A DNA stretch of 64,000 nucleotides from Octopus vulgaris (GCA_951406725.2 OX597830.1:78182001-78246000), one strand, 5' to 3'. Counted from the first letter of the stretch, positions 14,299 through 26,687 are shown. A program made the numbers and translations. The notes: a model not told the origin generated them from the letters alone.

Positions 14299-14756
14299 TT
14301 GAGATTTTGAGTGGAAGATTATCATGTCAGGAGCATTGTTTATTAAATTTTGGTTATGACTAAACATAAATTCAATTTTTGCGGGTTATTTTTTTTCTAA
14401 AAATTTTCAAAAATGTATACTAAAAATAACTTGACTTCAAAAATTAGCAAAACGAAACAAAGGAAACAAAAATATGAAAAAAGATTTGTAAAAAAAAAAA
14501 ATTATGATAAAATAAAATAATAATAAAATAATAAAAGCTAAATATTTTGGTTTTGATGGAAGGCGAAGAATTGCAGAGGCGACCAAGCGTCCCCTTCCTG
14601 AGTTTAAGGTTGATTTTCTTTTTAAAGATTCTTTATTCTTTACTTGTCTTAGACGTTGGACTGCGACCATGCCGGAGCATTTCTTTGGAGAATTATAGTC
14701 GAACGAATCGCTCTCGCCCCCGGCCCCAGTATATATATATATATATATATATATAT

Positions 14757-15110
14757 AACTAAGGATAATATCGATATTTAAATATCGATATTATCAAGTG
14801 GCCAGCATGGGGGAAAAATACCATACAAAGGTAAGAATTTTTTACAACTAAAAATAAGGGTGTCTGAGAGACACTACCATGCCGAAATAGCAGTCAAATC
14901 CCTGACTCTAAAAACCACTTTAAATGTTCATATCGCACCATGAGATAAGACAGAGGGACAAAATAGACTAGCAAAAAGATATTACTGAATAATTCAAGAT
15001 CCTGGATTTCTAGCTTTGCTTTAAATAAGCTTTGCCGTCATCAGTTGAATATATCTGAGCACATAAATACAAATATATATATGCAGAACGAACGTTATAC
15101 TTAGATATAC
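14757..15110 (-). mobile_element. PLE pLTR-like repeat (GAAATAGCAG family) with hammerhead and terminal palindrome
   Basis: Lies between (TA)n tracts. Contains gaaatagcagtc, a perfect 32-bp palindrome at 14764-14795 and the hammerhead at 14992-15050, on the same strand as the adjacent PLE RT. Confidence 0.7.
14992..15050 (-). ncRNA. Type I hammerhead ribozyme motif in PLE pLTR-like repeat
   Basis: Minus strand: attcaa CTGATGA cggc..gcta GAAA tcc a gga TC ttgaat. Stem I is 6 bp, core intact, stem III ATCC-a-GGAT, cleavage triplet AUC. First stem II pair is a C:A mismatch. Confidence 0.8.
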
Positions 15111-15159
15111 TAACGTCCATACATATATATATATATATATATATATGCACGTATGTACA

Positions 15160-16486
15160 TGGTCAGTTTAAATTGCCCGCCAAACACTTCATGAGCACGA
15201 TATGTATGTATGGACGTTCGTATATTCCGTCCAAAGGCTACAATAGGCGGCTGAGGAAATATCTGTTTGAAACATGCAACATGCTGGTAACTTTCATGCA
15301 ACACTTTTAAAATGTCAACGAAATTTAGGTGTCAGTTAATCACTAAAGGAATTCTGTCACATATTGTATTGTTTTTGCTAAATTTATGTGTGAAAATTTG
15401 ACTTTCTTTGCTAATCTTAGCTATCTCATTTGCTATTTCCTTTAATCGTGATTCATTGTAATCGCGTTTGACATAATGGTGAACAAAAGCATTTGCAAGT
15501 TTCCAGTAATCCCCTATGTCAGTACAAATATGCTTTATCCTAGAAAACTGGGATTTCGGATTTGACCGAATTATTTGATGTGGATGATCGGAGCGGCGAT
15601 GGAGGTAAATATGGAATGACGTGGGCTTGCAAAATAACTGTCACTCTTCTGCAAAAATTCAATGCTAGTTTTTGGAAAACTAGACGTAAATTTTATGTTG
15701 GATTTAAGGCCATGGGTTTTAGCATAACAGTCACAGAAGTGCAAGAAGTAAATTAAATTATCCTGTGATCATTCCCAGACAAAAAAGACGTCATCAATGA
15801 ATCGTAACTAGAGTGTTGCTTCATGACCATGTAGGGATTTTAATATTTTCAGTAACTGTGTTTCGAATTTCGTCATGAAGACATTAGCGAAATTAACTGC
15901 CATGGGGGTACCTATGGCACAAGCCCTTATCTGGTGGTAATATTTTTGTCCAAACTTCATTGTGTTACTTTATAACACAAATCTCAATAACCTACAGAGA
16001 AAATTTGATGGAATACTTTTGTTTGACCGTTTTTCGAAAGCATTCATATATGCTTCTACTCCTTCATCGTGGACAGTATGAGGATATAAGGAAGAAAAAT
16101 CCATGGTTATCAAAAAAAAAGTTTTCGACATGGCTTCGGTGCTTGAAAATGATGTTGATTTTAGACAACATCATTTAGAAAATGATGTTGATTTTTGATC
16201 TTTTTGCGTCAGGAAGTAGAAAGCCATCCAGCCATTCCGCAATCTTGGCTATTCAGCATTCATATCCGTTGCAAATGGGGTGCATTGGAGGAAATCTTTC
16301 GAACGTTTTGTGTATTTTAGGGAAACTAAAAAATACAGGTGTTCTTTCTGACCGTAAAATCCTGGATTCGACCTTATTAAGGAAATTTTTTTCCTCCATT
16401 TCCGGAATTATTTTCTCAAGTTCCTTTCTGTAATTGGGGTTTGGATCAACAGGTAATTCTTTATATGAAGTTTTCTCACTTAATAA
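15160..16486 (-). pseudogene. Decayed Penelope-like element RT and linker (Neptune-like), truncated before the GIY-YIG endonuclease
   Basis: Manual minus-strand translation across stops and frameshifts: YKELPVDP...PVFFSFPKIHK...PPMHPI, TMDFSSLYP, YYHQIRACAIGTPMAVNFANVFM, LRFIDDVFFVW, IKFT, YLHRRSDHP...SQFSRIKHICTD, RIPLVI, IFPQPPIVAF. These are PLE RT, thumb and linker motifs in the correct order. Confidence 0.92.
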
Positions 16487-16720
16487 ACGACCCTTATACA
16501 GGGACTTTTTGTGCCGGGTGGGCTATCCGACCTGAAGAAAATTCTAACTGGGCCCCACCTGCAAGGTAATGTGTTGTTTATCTTGCTGTGAGAACACCAT
16601 GTCGCGCACAAATGATTGTGATGCATATGCCTGGCGTACCCTTATCGGACGGGTAGTCATGATGGCTTCGAATATTTTAACCCAGTATCACTTTGAAGTT
16701 ATGCACGGCTCTCTCACTCA
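16483..16720 (+). mobile_element. 5'-truncated copy of the 53322-53878 repeat
   Basis: Shares cctgaagaaa.ttctaactgggccccacctgcaagg, gacgggtagtcatgatgg and ctctctcactca, followed by an (AAT)n tail. Confidence 0.75.
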
Positions 16721-16723
16721 GTC

Positions 16724-16798
<75 letters not shown>

Positions 16799-16821
16799 GT
16801 AATAATAATAATAATAATAAT

Positions 16822-17029
16822 TCCTACTGGGAGCACAAGGCCTCAAATTTGGAGAAGGGATTAACTCGATTTCATCAACTCCAGTGCATAACTGGTACTT
16901 ATTTAATCGACCCCGAGAGGATGAAGGACAAGTCGACTCAGCGGAATTTGAACTCAGAACGTAAAGACGGACGAAATACCGCTAAGCATTTCGGCCGGCA
17001 TGTTAACGATTCTGCCAACTCGCCGCCTT
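16822..17029 (-). mobile_element. SINE family B
   Basis: ctggtacttatttaatcgacccc...gattctgccaactcgccgcctt between (AAT)n tracts. Confidence 0.85.
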
Positions 17030-17054
17030 AATAATAATAATGATGATGATAATG

Positions 17055-17115
<61 letters not shown>

Positions 17116-17129
17116 TAATAATAATAATA

Positions 17130-17161
<32 letters not shown>

Positions 17162-17162
17162 A

Positions 17163-17221
<59 letters not shown>

Positions 17222-17234
17222 AATAGTAATACTT

Positions 17235-18091
17235 TCTACTAAAGGCACAAGGTCTGAAATTTAGCAGGAGGAGACAAGTCGATTACATTAACCGCAGTGT
17301 TTCGATAGTACTCAATTTATCGACCCCCGAAAGAATGAAAGGCAAAGTCAACCTCAGCGGATCGATACAGCCATTCGTCAGGCTGTTATTCGTCGAACGT
17401 TCCAGCCAACGCCAATTCAACACCCCCGTCTGAAGGAAGTCTTTTCGAAGAAGCCCGATGAAAGAACCGAAGCAGCCCTCTCGAAGGAAAACTTCACAGG
17501 CATGATACGCTTCCGTAGTGGTCATCATCCGGCACTCAGGCGATGGCAAAAGATGGCAGGACGCAGCGACACATATATCAATGCAGACTCTGTAACGAGG
17601 AGTTGGAATCTGCAGAACATCACTGGATGGTGGAACGCTATATCTGCCAACTAGGGGCTACAATGGATGAGATGATTCGTATCCCTTCCTCGGTTCTAGC
17701 GCTTCTGAGAGTTATCCTCGGGTACTTGAGGTGACCAACAACAACAACAGCCTCCGCGGAATTTAAATTCAGTTCGGAAGACAAGAGGCAAAGCTGATTG
17801 CAGTTGAATTTGAAATCAGAACGTAAATTGTTAGGACAAATACTACATTTAAGTCTTATTTTCTAATGACCCTGCCTATCCACCGGTCTATAGTTTCCAG
17901 CAGAGGCTCAAGACACGAAATTTGAAGTGGGTAGGATCAGTCTATACTTTCAACCCCTAATACTTGACTGGTACTCTATGATGGCATCGTCCCCCTGTGG
18001 CTGAAACGCAAAATTGACATCGACGCCATTTAATGAATGCCACAAGGAAATTTTTCCGACGTTTTACTGATTCTGCCAGCCCACCGCCCTT
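17235..18091 (-). mobile_element. Cluster of diverged family B SINEs, one split by the LINE fragment
   Basis: atcgacccccgaaagaatgaaaggcaaagtc at ~17320 resumes at 17751. A further old copy ends gattctgccagcccaccgcctt at ~18090. Confidence 0.7.
17362..17750 (+). mobile_element. 3' end of I-group (Ingi/Nimb-like) LINE inserted into a SINE
   Basis: IRFRSGHHPALRRW, frameshift, CRLCNEELESAEH (zinc knuckle), stop, then (CAA)n tail. Flanked by cctcagcgga and cctccgcgga as a probable target site duplication. Confidence 0.75.
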
Positions 18092-19671
18092 AATAATGAT
18101 AATGGTGACATGACAGTGATATGATGCAGAGATGCTGATGTCTTAACAGGGAGAGGTTTATGATGATGAGAACGGCAACCACGACCACGATGATGATGAT
18201 GACGATAACCAAGATATCGGCGACGACGATGATGATGATGACTATGCTAGTGCTGCTGCTCCTGCTTCTGCTACAGATGATGATGTTGATGATGCTGATG
18301 ATCATGATCATGATCATGATGTTGATCATGATGATGATGATCATGATGAAGTTGACGTTGACCACGTTGCTGACGAAGATGCGACTCACTGTGACGTTAC
18401 GATGACAACGGTGACAAGGGGAAGAGCAATCTTGACGATGAGGACGATGAAAATGATGACGATGCTGGAGATGAGTTGAATGAAGGTAGGAGGCATTATA
18501 GTAGTTGCTGTTGATGTTGCAGTTGTTGTTGTTGTATGTGTGATGATGGTGGTGGTAGTGGTAACGATATGTTTGGTAATATGCATGCTACTCTTGCTAA
18601 TAGTAATAATGATGATGGTGGTGGTGGATAACAACGACGACGATGATGGTGACGGTGACAGCGGCGATGACAGTGGCGATGACAGCGGCGATGACAGCGT
18701 TGATACGACTGATGCTGACGTCACGATGGCAACACTGACAGCGATGTGATGGAAAGTGTGTCTAACCCTTTTATAGGTGACATCGACGACCACGGTGACA
18801 ACGACGACAATTATGATGATGATGATGAGGAGGAGGAAGAGGTGGTGGAAAAGGATGAGGAGGAGAAGGAGAAGAAGGGGCTGAATTAAAGAAGAGCAAG
18901 CACATGTGATGACGATGACAATGGCGATAATCTTCATAATGCAGGTGATATTGATGATCATGATGATCATGATGGTGGTGGTGGTAGTAGTTGTGGTGGT
19001 GGTGGTAGTGGGTGATGGTGATGGTAATGATGATGTTGATGGCGGTGGTGGTGACGATAAAGACGGAGGTGATGATAGCGACGTCGACGTCGATGACGAA
19101 GAGGAGGAGGAGGAGGAGAGGAAGAATGGGTGGAGGAGGAGGAGACGAAGAATGGGTGGAGGAGGGAAGTAGGTGGAGGAGGAGGAAGAGGAGGAGGAGG
19201 AGAAGGAAAAAATTGAGGATAGGTCAGTCTTGATCGAACACAGCTACACCCAAGGACATTCCAAACATGACCATCTCATTTTTTATCATGAAGAAGAAAG
19301 CTATTACATTATCCAGCTTTCACTTTTTGGGAAAAGAAAAAAAAACAAACCAAATAATGAGATATGAGGGATATTTAGCATCTATTTCTAACAGATGGTG
19401 GGACTACGTCGAAACTGACCCCTACCCTCGTTTGTCGACAATGACAACGATGATGATGATGATGATGACGACGACGACGACGATGATGATGGTTGTGGTG
19501 GTAGTAGTGACGTTGATGGTGGCAATGTTGGTGGTGGTAATGGCGGTGATGGTGGCTGTGGAGGTGATAGTGCTGATGATGATGACATTGTCCGCGGAAA
19601 TGGTGATGGTGATGGTGGTGGTGGTGGTGGTGATGGTGATGGTGGTGGTGGTGGTGGTGGTGATTGTTGTT

Positions 19672-19704
<33 letters not shown>

Positions 19705-19725
19705 GTTGCTGACAACGATTGTGAC
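18090..19725. repeat. Degenerate trinucleotide field (GAT/GAC/GGT/GAG/GTT)
   Basis: About 1.6 kb of interleaved triplet repeats with a short unique spacer near 19220-19430. Confidence 0.85.
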
Positions 19726-20286
19726 GTCACGAAGGTGTCATCACAATCTAGGCTAGACAATTATAAAACATATGATTGATGAGAATATTACGAATGCATG
19801 AAAATCTATTACAACTTGACATGTAGCAGAAGGGGGGGGATAACGGGAGGAGGAAAAGGAACAAGGCGAGGAGGAAGAGGCGGTGGCGGAAAAGGGGCAG
19901 AGGTTGAGGGAGGCATTCATGTGTGTGTATAAATATATATATGTATATATATATATATGTACTTGTCTATGTGTGTGTGTGTTTGTGTGTAAGGATGAGT
20001 GCATCATTGCGTGCGTCATTCAATGTATCTGTGTATGTATGTATGTCCATGAGTGTATGTATGTGTATGTGCGTGTATGACTATGATTGTATTGTTTGCT
20101 TATGTCTTTATCTTTGTGTATGTGTGTGCGCGTGTAAATATTGTGAAGGTGCGTAGCGTAGGAGTTAGGATATTCGACTCACGATCGTTAAGTCGTGAGT
20201 TCGATTCCTGGCGAAGCGTTGTGTCCTTCAGTAACATACACGATTTCACGTTGCCCCAGAATCTAACTGGTATCTATTTTGCCAAA

Positions 20287-20518
20287 AGGCGGCGAGCTGG
20301 CAGAAACGTTAGCACGTCGGGCGAAATGCTTAGCGGTATTTCGGCTGCCGTTACGTTGTGAGTTCAAATTCCGCCGAGGTCGACTTTGCCTTTCATCCTT
20401 TCGGGGTCGATAAATAAAGTACCAGTTACGCACTGGGGTCGATGTATTCGACTTAATACCTATGTCTGTCCTTGTTTGTCCCTTCTATGTTTAGCCTGTT
20501 GTGGGTAATAAAGAAATA
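20287..20518 (+). mobile_element. CORE-type SINE family B
   Basis: aggcggcgagctggcagaaacgttag head, gagttcaaattcc B box, CORE-like gaggtcgactttgcctttcatcctttcggggtcgataaa..agtaccag. Confidence 0.88.
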
Positions 20519-20789
20519 GGTATCAAATATAAAAACTTCTAACCGATTTAGATTTGCCAAACCTTAAAGGACGAAAAGCAATGTCGACCTGGGCGGAATT
20601 TGAACTTAGAACATAAAGAAGGGCAGAATGCCGGAATGCCCTTTGCCCCCTGTGCAAACGATTCTGTCAGCCAACTTGCAGGCCTAACTGCCTCATATAA
20701 CTATTCTGTGTATATGTATTCCAATATGCTGACTGTAGCATACACGTGATCACAAAAACAAATTTCACAACATGCGAAATAAACACTAC

Positions 20790-20910
20790 AATGTCACTCG
20801 GCACACTTCCTCATGAAGGTCATTGCTAGCTTTCATTGCGCATGCAACCGCGTGCTGCCATCTGTTGTCGCGCTACAGAACTAGTCCGCGAACTTTTTGA
20901 TAGCACCGCT
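20790..20910 (-). mobile_element. Mariner-like 5' end remnant
   Basis: Minus strand ggtgctatcaaaaagttcgcggactag resembles mariner TIR and 5' UTR sequence. Confidence 0.45.
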
Positions 20911-21166
20911 TATGAACATTAAAACATTATAATTCAATGAAGATAGCAGAATAAGGTACCAAATACACAAAATAAACATTTATTAATGATTAATAAGGAT
21001 AGTGAATAGTGAATAATTTGCCCTCTCTCTCTCACTCTCTCTCTTCCCTCTCCCCACCTCTCTCTCTCTGTGCCATACTTTTCAAAGATTAACTGCTAAC
21101 ACGTTCAGCTGTAGATTACTGCATCTTTCTTTTTGACCATTATTGAGAGGGTACTTCCCGTGACGT

Positions 21167-21240
21167 GGCCGGTTAGCTCAGTTGGTTAGAGCGTCGTGCT
21201 AATAACGCGAATGTCGTGGGTTCAAGCCGCATACTGGCCA
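21167..21240 (+). tRNA. tRNA-Ile-AAT: tRNA-Ile(AAT)
   Basis: GGCCGGTTAGCTCAGTTGGTTAGAGCGTCGTGCTAATAACGCGAATGTCGTGGGTTCAAGCCGCATACTGGCCA. Acceptor GGCCGGT/ACTGGCC, anticodon arm TCGTG-CTAATAA-CGCGA, A and B boxes present, T4 at 21248-21251. One G:G mismatch in the T stem. Confidence 0.9.
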
Positions 21241-21347
21241 GCAATTATTTTGTCTTTAGACATGTACGTGTAGTTTTACCAAATCAACAGTTTCAAATAC
21301 TCGTGTTATTCACACAAAAAAAAAATGTAGCGTATTATACATATCCC

Positions 21348-21603
21348 ATTGGCTTGGTGCATAATTATTGCGACTTTTTTTTCAACAAATTTTATTCAAC
21401 AAAAATAATAACAGCATTTAACAAAAACATCTTTAAATGACGGTCTGACCATCTTCCAAGCAAATGGGAAGCAGTAATTGAAGGGGATGGTGAATATTTT
21501 CTGGAATTAATCATTTAAAGATGTTTTTGTTACGTGTTGTTATTGTTTTTATTGAAACACTTTTATTGAAAAAAAAGCCGCAATAATAATGCACCAACCC
21601 AAT
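21348..21603 (+). mobile_element. Mariner-derived MITE
   Basis: TIRs attggcttggtgcataattattgcg and cgcaataataatgcaccaacccaat. Interior encodes a mariner C-terminus, HLPSKWEAVIEGDGEYF. Confidence 0.85.
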
Positions 21604-22118
21604 ATTGTATTCCTTCGTTTCATACGCTTCATTCTTCGATTTTTGAAGACCACACTTGCAATACCTGTGACGTATTGGTTATGCGCACTGCATTAACGGA
21701 AGTCGCATCCCCAAGTATCTGCTGCATAGATGGAAGCCAACAAGCTGTTTAATTTGAGATAGTGTTACATGCAAAACATTTTCCACTGCAGCACACACTG
21801 GAATGGAACCGTGTGAAAATATAAATGGTACCAAACTGTTTTTGCCGAGGTCATACTTTAAGAGCAAAAGTGAAAAGAGTAGAGGGAGATCGAAATCTAC
21901 TCAAGTCTGTAAAGAGACACAGGCCGAACAAATCAACTCTATACAAGGACATAGACTGCATCGGTGGAGACTACCATGATGGCTGTCGCTCTCGAATAGG
22001 CCTCTAAAATCATCGAAAATGATAGGCCAAAATGATAAGAGCGTAGGAATGGCTGGGTGGGAGGTAGATTGGGGACAAAAAGACTAAGTCTCCTGGACAT
22101 TAATATTTCGTGTTCTAC

Positions 22119-22517
22119 GAGTGGCTGTAAGTAGCTTGCTTACCAACCACATGGTTCTGGGTTCAGTCCCACTGCGTGGCACTTTGAGCAAGTGTCTTCT
22201 ACTTTAGCCTCGGGTTGACCAAAGCCTTGTGAGTGGATTTGGTAGACGGAAACTGAACGATGCCCGTCGTATATATGTATATATATATATGTATGTATAC
22301 ATATGTATGAGTGTGTGTATCATTTTGTGTGTCTGTGTTTGTCCCCCACCATCGCTTGACAAACGGTGCTGGTGTGTTTACCTCCCGTAACTTAGCGTTT
22401 CGGCGAAAGAGACCGATACTTACAAAGACTAAGTCCCGGGGTCGATTTGTTCGACTAAAGGCAGTGCCCCAGCTTGGCCACAGTCACATGATTGAAACAA
22501 GTAAAAGATTAAAGATT
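22119..22517 (+). mobile_element. SINE family A
   Basis: Near full length, with internal (TA)/(TG) tract. Confidence 0.88.
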
Positions 22518-24214
22518 AAATTCATAGAGTAAGTTACTCGTTCTCCATGGCAAATAAATGATCAACATCACAACAATCCCGCTTAACGGCGCATCAGTCA
22601 ACCGAAGGGTTACTCATTTATATCTAAATGAACTCCAGCAACATGCAATGACAGCACACTTCCAGGTTCGGAAATAGAAACTACGATGTTATGATTGTAT
22701 GTACAACACTTTGTCCACAAGGTGACGTGCCTTCACAGTTGAACAGAAAGTAAAGAAAAATAAATGGTTCATCGTTTCCTAAGCCAGAGGGTAGTTGACC
22801 ATGACGACGACACACTTCGGTGAAGACCTCACTGCACCACCCGGCATGCAGCGGTGAGTCGGATGGAATGCAGTGTCTTTGTTGCCGCTCGAGTGTTGTA
22901 GACATGTTTGGGTGTTTGGGTGGTGACTGTACACGTAATGTTGAGAATAGTATGTTGTTGCTCTTGTTGTTGTTGTTGTAGCTCATGTTGTTGTTTAGCG
23001 GCGATGAAGGCCTTCATTTAGCAGAGAAACCTATAATGAAAAGCACTCCAACAATGACCATCACATCTTTTGCTTTATCTTCAGGCAGAGGTATCATGCA
23101 TCTAATACTACGTTACCAAATGTAGCCTTACATAATTTCTTTTAATACAGTAAGGTAGCAGTTAAAGAAATTTGACTGTAATTTTTAGTAGATCAGGTGA
23201 CTTGCTCTGACGTTTCCTGATCACGTGTACCAAATGTACTTCAAATTATATTTGACTGCCTTGAAAAACTGATAAGAAATAGCATTTTGTTTTAGTTCTT
23301 CTGCTAGCTATTATCCGATAGGCTACGTTATATGTCATTCTTGACGAAGGATCACAGTCAGAAACGTCAAACAATAATTTTTTTCTACATTATACAATAT
23401 GATACCTTGTACTCCTTTTTGTGCTTTTTTTTTATTTTTCGCTTTCATGAAATTGATTAGCGCTGATCTAGTTTTAGACAACAACAAATTGAACAATATT
23501 TTGTTAATTTTTGACTCATAACTTATATTTTCTGAGTTTCACAACTCATCTCTCTGTCTGTACTTGCTATGGCGTTCCGCTTCAAGTGTCGTACTCATCG
23601 TCGAGTACCCAATTCTTAATAGATGAGTACATAGTTGTATATTGAACTAAGGTTTTCAGTTTATACATTTATACACGCAGCTGCACTCCAACATCTTACA
23701 ATGATTTCCGGATTTAAGAAGTTAAAGAATTAATTATTTCATTCATTAATTACCAGAAAATCTGTTAAAGAAACAAAACAAGAAACAAAGAAAAACAAAA
23801 CAAGAAATGAAAAAAGAAATTATATCAAAGAAATTATATTATTTTAGTTTAGTTTATTTTATTTTAAACTACCGTTAAATTCATTCGGTGACGGGGGACT
23901 GTCCTTCATTATTTGAGCGTAAACTTGGCTCCAGTATTTTCCTAAATATCTGTGTTAAATCCATTACAAGTTAATGAAACAGAGGTGTTCGTCAGTTTGG
24001 TGGCGTCAGAAACAGTTCGCATTCACCGCTGGAAAAAAAAAGTAAAGAAATGAAAAGAAAGCCCTCACGGATGATAAGCGAAAAATGCCGCTCAAGGGGG
24101 TTAGAAATAGCAGCGAAATCTTTTCCGAAACATTATACGCTATCACCTTCAATATAAAAAGATGTGTACGGTGGAATGTTGTCCCTACTACTTTTTTAGA
24201 GATTAGGTCTATCA

Positions 24215-24486
24215 TGAGCCCTAGGACTTGAAAAGCCAGAGTTTAACCCGGTTTCCATTGTGCATAAGTAATTGAGATCTAAACACCCACCCCTGAAAAG
24301 TGCCGCTAGTCTGTCACAGGGATACTGTGCAGCTATTGCTAGAACGTAATAACAGCTGTGTTGAGTAAAGCTTCGTAAGATGAGGTGTTTTGCTGAAGAA
24401 CACAAGGCACTGACCCGTCTGGGAATCGAAACAACGGTTTTGCGATTGTATGCACAACACCGTAACCGACAGGCCACGTGCCTCCA
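24215..24486 (-). mobile_element. tRNA-derived SINE with family C-like head
   Basis: Minus strand tggaggcacgtggcctgtcggtta...gtttcgattcccaga...ttgtgttcttcagcaaaacacct. Confidence 0.65.
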
Positions 24487-24810
24487 CATGTTCCCGGGTA
24501 GAAAAACAGAAAAACATACGGGATAGATATGACAGGAATTTATGTTTTTCATACATGGTTCGCTTGACTGACGCTGAGCTAGAGCAAAATAACGGCAACA
24601 ACAATAACAACAACGACGACGACGATGCAGACAATTAGGGCTTGGATTACTGATTAAGATTGGAAATAAGAGACAGTGTTAATTAAGGCTCGGATTACAA
24701 GCTGGGATTAGAAATGAGTTAGGGTTAAGGTTTAGAGTAGGGCTTAGCTGCAGGTGGGCCGGGCCGCAGTCTGCACATACACTATGTGGTATCAATATTT
24801 CTAAAATACC

Positions 24811-24878
<68 letters not shown>

Positions 24879-24894
24879 CAACAACAGCAACAAT

Positions 24895-25455
24895 AACAAC
24901 TCTGAACAACGTTGGACCCCTATAACAACTGAAGAGTTCATCCAAGCAATGCAAGAACTAAACAACTAGAAGGCACCCGGGCACGATAAAGTCTCCAACT
25001 TCTGGTTAAAATATCTGAGAAGAACACATAAAAAGCTGGCTGACTAATTTAATGACATGCTAGCAGAGCCAGAGACAATGCCTGAATGGCTCACGAAAGG
25101 GAAAACTATCATAATTTCCAAATCCACTGAAACGGCAATCCCACAAAATTACAGACCAATAACTTGTCTCCCTACAATTTACAATGCCTTTACTGCAATA
25201 ATATCGCAGAGAATGAGCAAGCATCTGGAAGAAAACAACCTGTTTCCAGAAGAGCAGAAGCGATGCTGCAAGGACTCATACGGCTGTAAAGATCAACTAA
25301 TAATCAATAAAGCCATAACTGAAGACAGCTGCAGAAAGAAGAAGGGTCTAAGTATGGCCTGGACCGATTACCGAAAGGCTTTTGATAGCGTTCCCCACAC
25401 ATGGATCCTAGAAACACTAGCCATGAACAAGGTAGCACCAATAATCATAAGGAAT
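24895..25455 (+). mobile_element. R4/Dong-clade non-LTR retrotransposon RT fragment
   Basis: KAPGHDKVSNFWLK, PEWLTKGKT, NYRPITCLPTIY, EEQKRC, GCKDQLIIN, AWTDYRKAFDSVPH. Has in-frame stops and abuts (AAT)n. Confidence 0.9.
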
Positions 25456-25696
25456 ACTCCCAATTTAAATGTTTATAAATAGAATTAACCTAGTGAAATC
25501 ATAAATCCAGCTATCTGAGTGAATGAGTCCCTGAAGATTGGCGATGCAGTTCATTCATCTTCATAATGACAAGACACTGTATAAACATCGTAAACAACTT
25601 TTGGCATATTTATAATGACTTATAATCCAAGTCACAAAGACGGCTTTTTCACGCGCGGCAAAAACACCGGTGAAGTGAAACACAACACAGCGTGCG

Positions 25697-25710
25697 GTTG
25701 TCATGGTAAC
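25697..25710. promoter_or_regulatory. RFX X-box-like motif
   Basis: GTTGTCATGGTAAC closely matches the palindromic RFX consensus GTTGCCATGGCAAC. Lies in a locally CpG-containing, apparently non-repeat stretch. Confidence 0.35.
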
Positions 25711-26181
25711 AAGTTGTTAAAACCTCGCTGTCTGTTAATTGTCAAAAATTAACCAAATTTCCCAAATTTACTTCCAAATAACATCAGATTCTTTAAATTA
25801 CGAGACACAGTAATTAGTTGATCGTAATGAAAATTCAGAGTTGCATCGATACACCAAAATTGAAAGCAATCTGAGTAAAATTAGAAGGGATTCATTTTGC
25901 GAATGAGACTGACTAGGTCCCATCCTTTTTATTGCAAGAAACTACAGTTTTCTCCGACCAGACTTACAAACGATCATCTTTAGAATGTTTGAAACGTTAA
26001 TATCTACAACTTTCTGACTACTCGAATATATAAACATAACTTATATTGCAGCAACAAATTAAACGCATGATAATACAAACTGCACAATTACGAAAACTGT
26101 AAACAACAGCAAAACATATAAAAAGAAAAGAATTCAAAAAATCCACTCCACCCCACAAAAATTCAAAATTTAAAAATTCAA

Positions 26182-26261
<80 letters not shown>

Positions 26262-26392
26262 AATCAGCCGAAATTGCTACGATGATCCGGTTCTTGACTG
26301 AAGATTGAGGGCTTCGAATGTCCCGTCCGTGTTTTTTGTATCGTCTTCTAAGTGTTTTGCTTTCTTGCCCCAGTTTGTATTTTTCTACATAT

Positions 26393-26424
<32 letters not shown>

Positions 26425-26425
<1 letters not shown>

Positions 26426-26594
26426 ACTTATAAACAAGGGTAAAAGAAAACATTTCTAATGCCAAATATTTGGCATTAGAATTTTTTTCGTTTGCCCTTG
26501 TTTATAAGTTGTTTATAAATTCAACCTTTAAAGGTATTTTTTAATACGCTGGCCATTGACAGAATTTTTTCGAAAAAATTTATATACTATATTA

Positions 26595-26597
<3 letters not shown>
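26425..26597. mobile_element. pLTR-like fragment with fold-back end
   Basis: Minus strand tggccagc..aaaatacc..aaagg..acaact..aaggg matches 14798-14860. 26425-26510 is a near-perfect hairpin. (TA)n on both sides. Confidence 0.6.
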
Positions 26598-26687
<90 letters not shown>

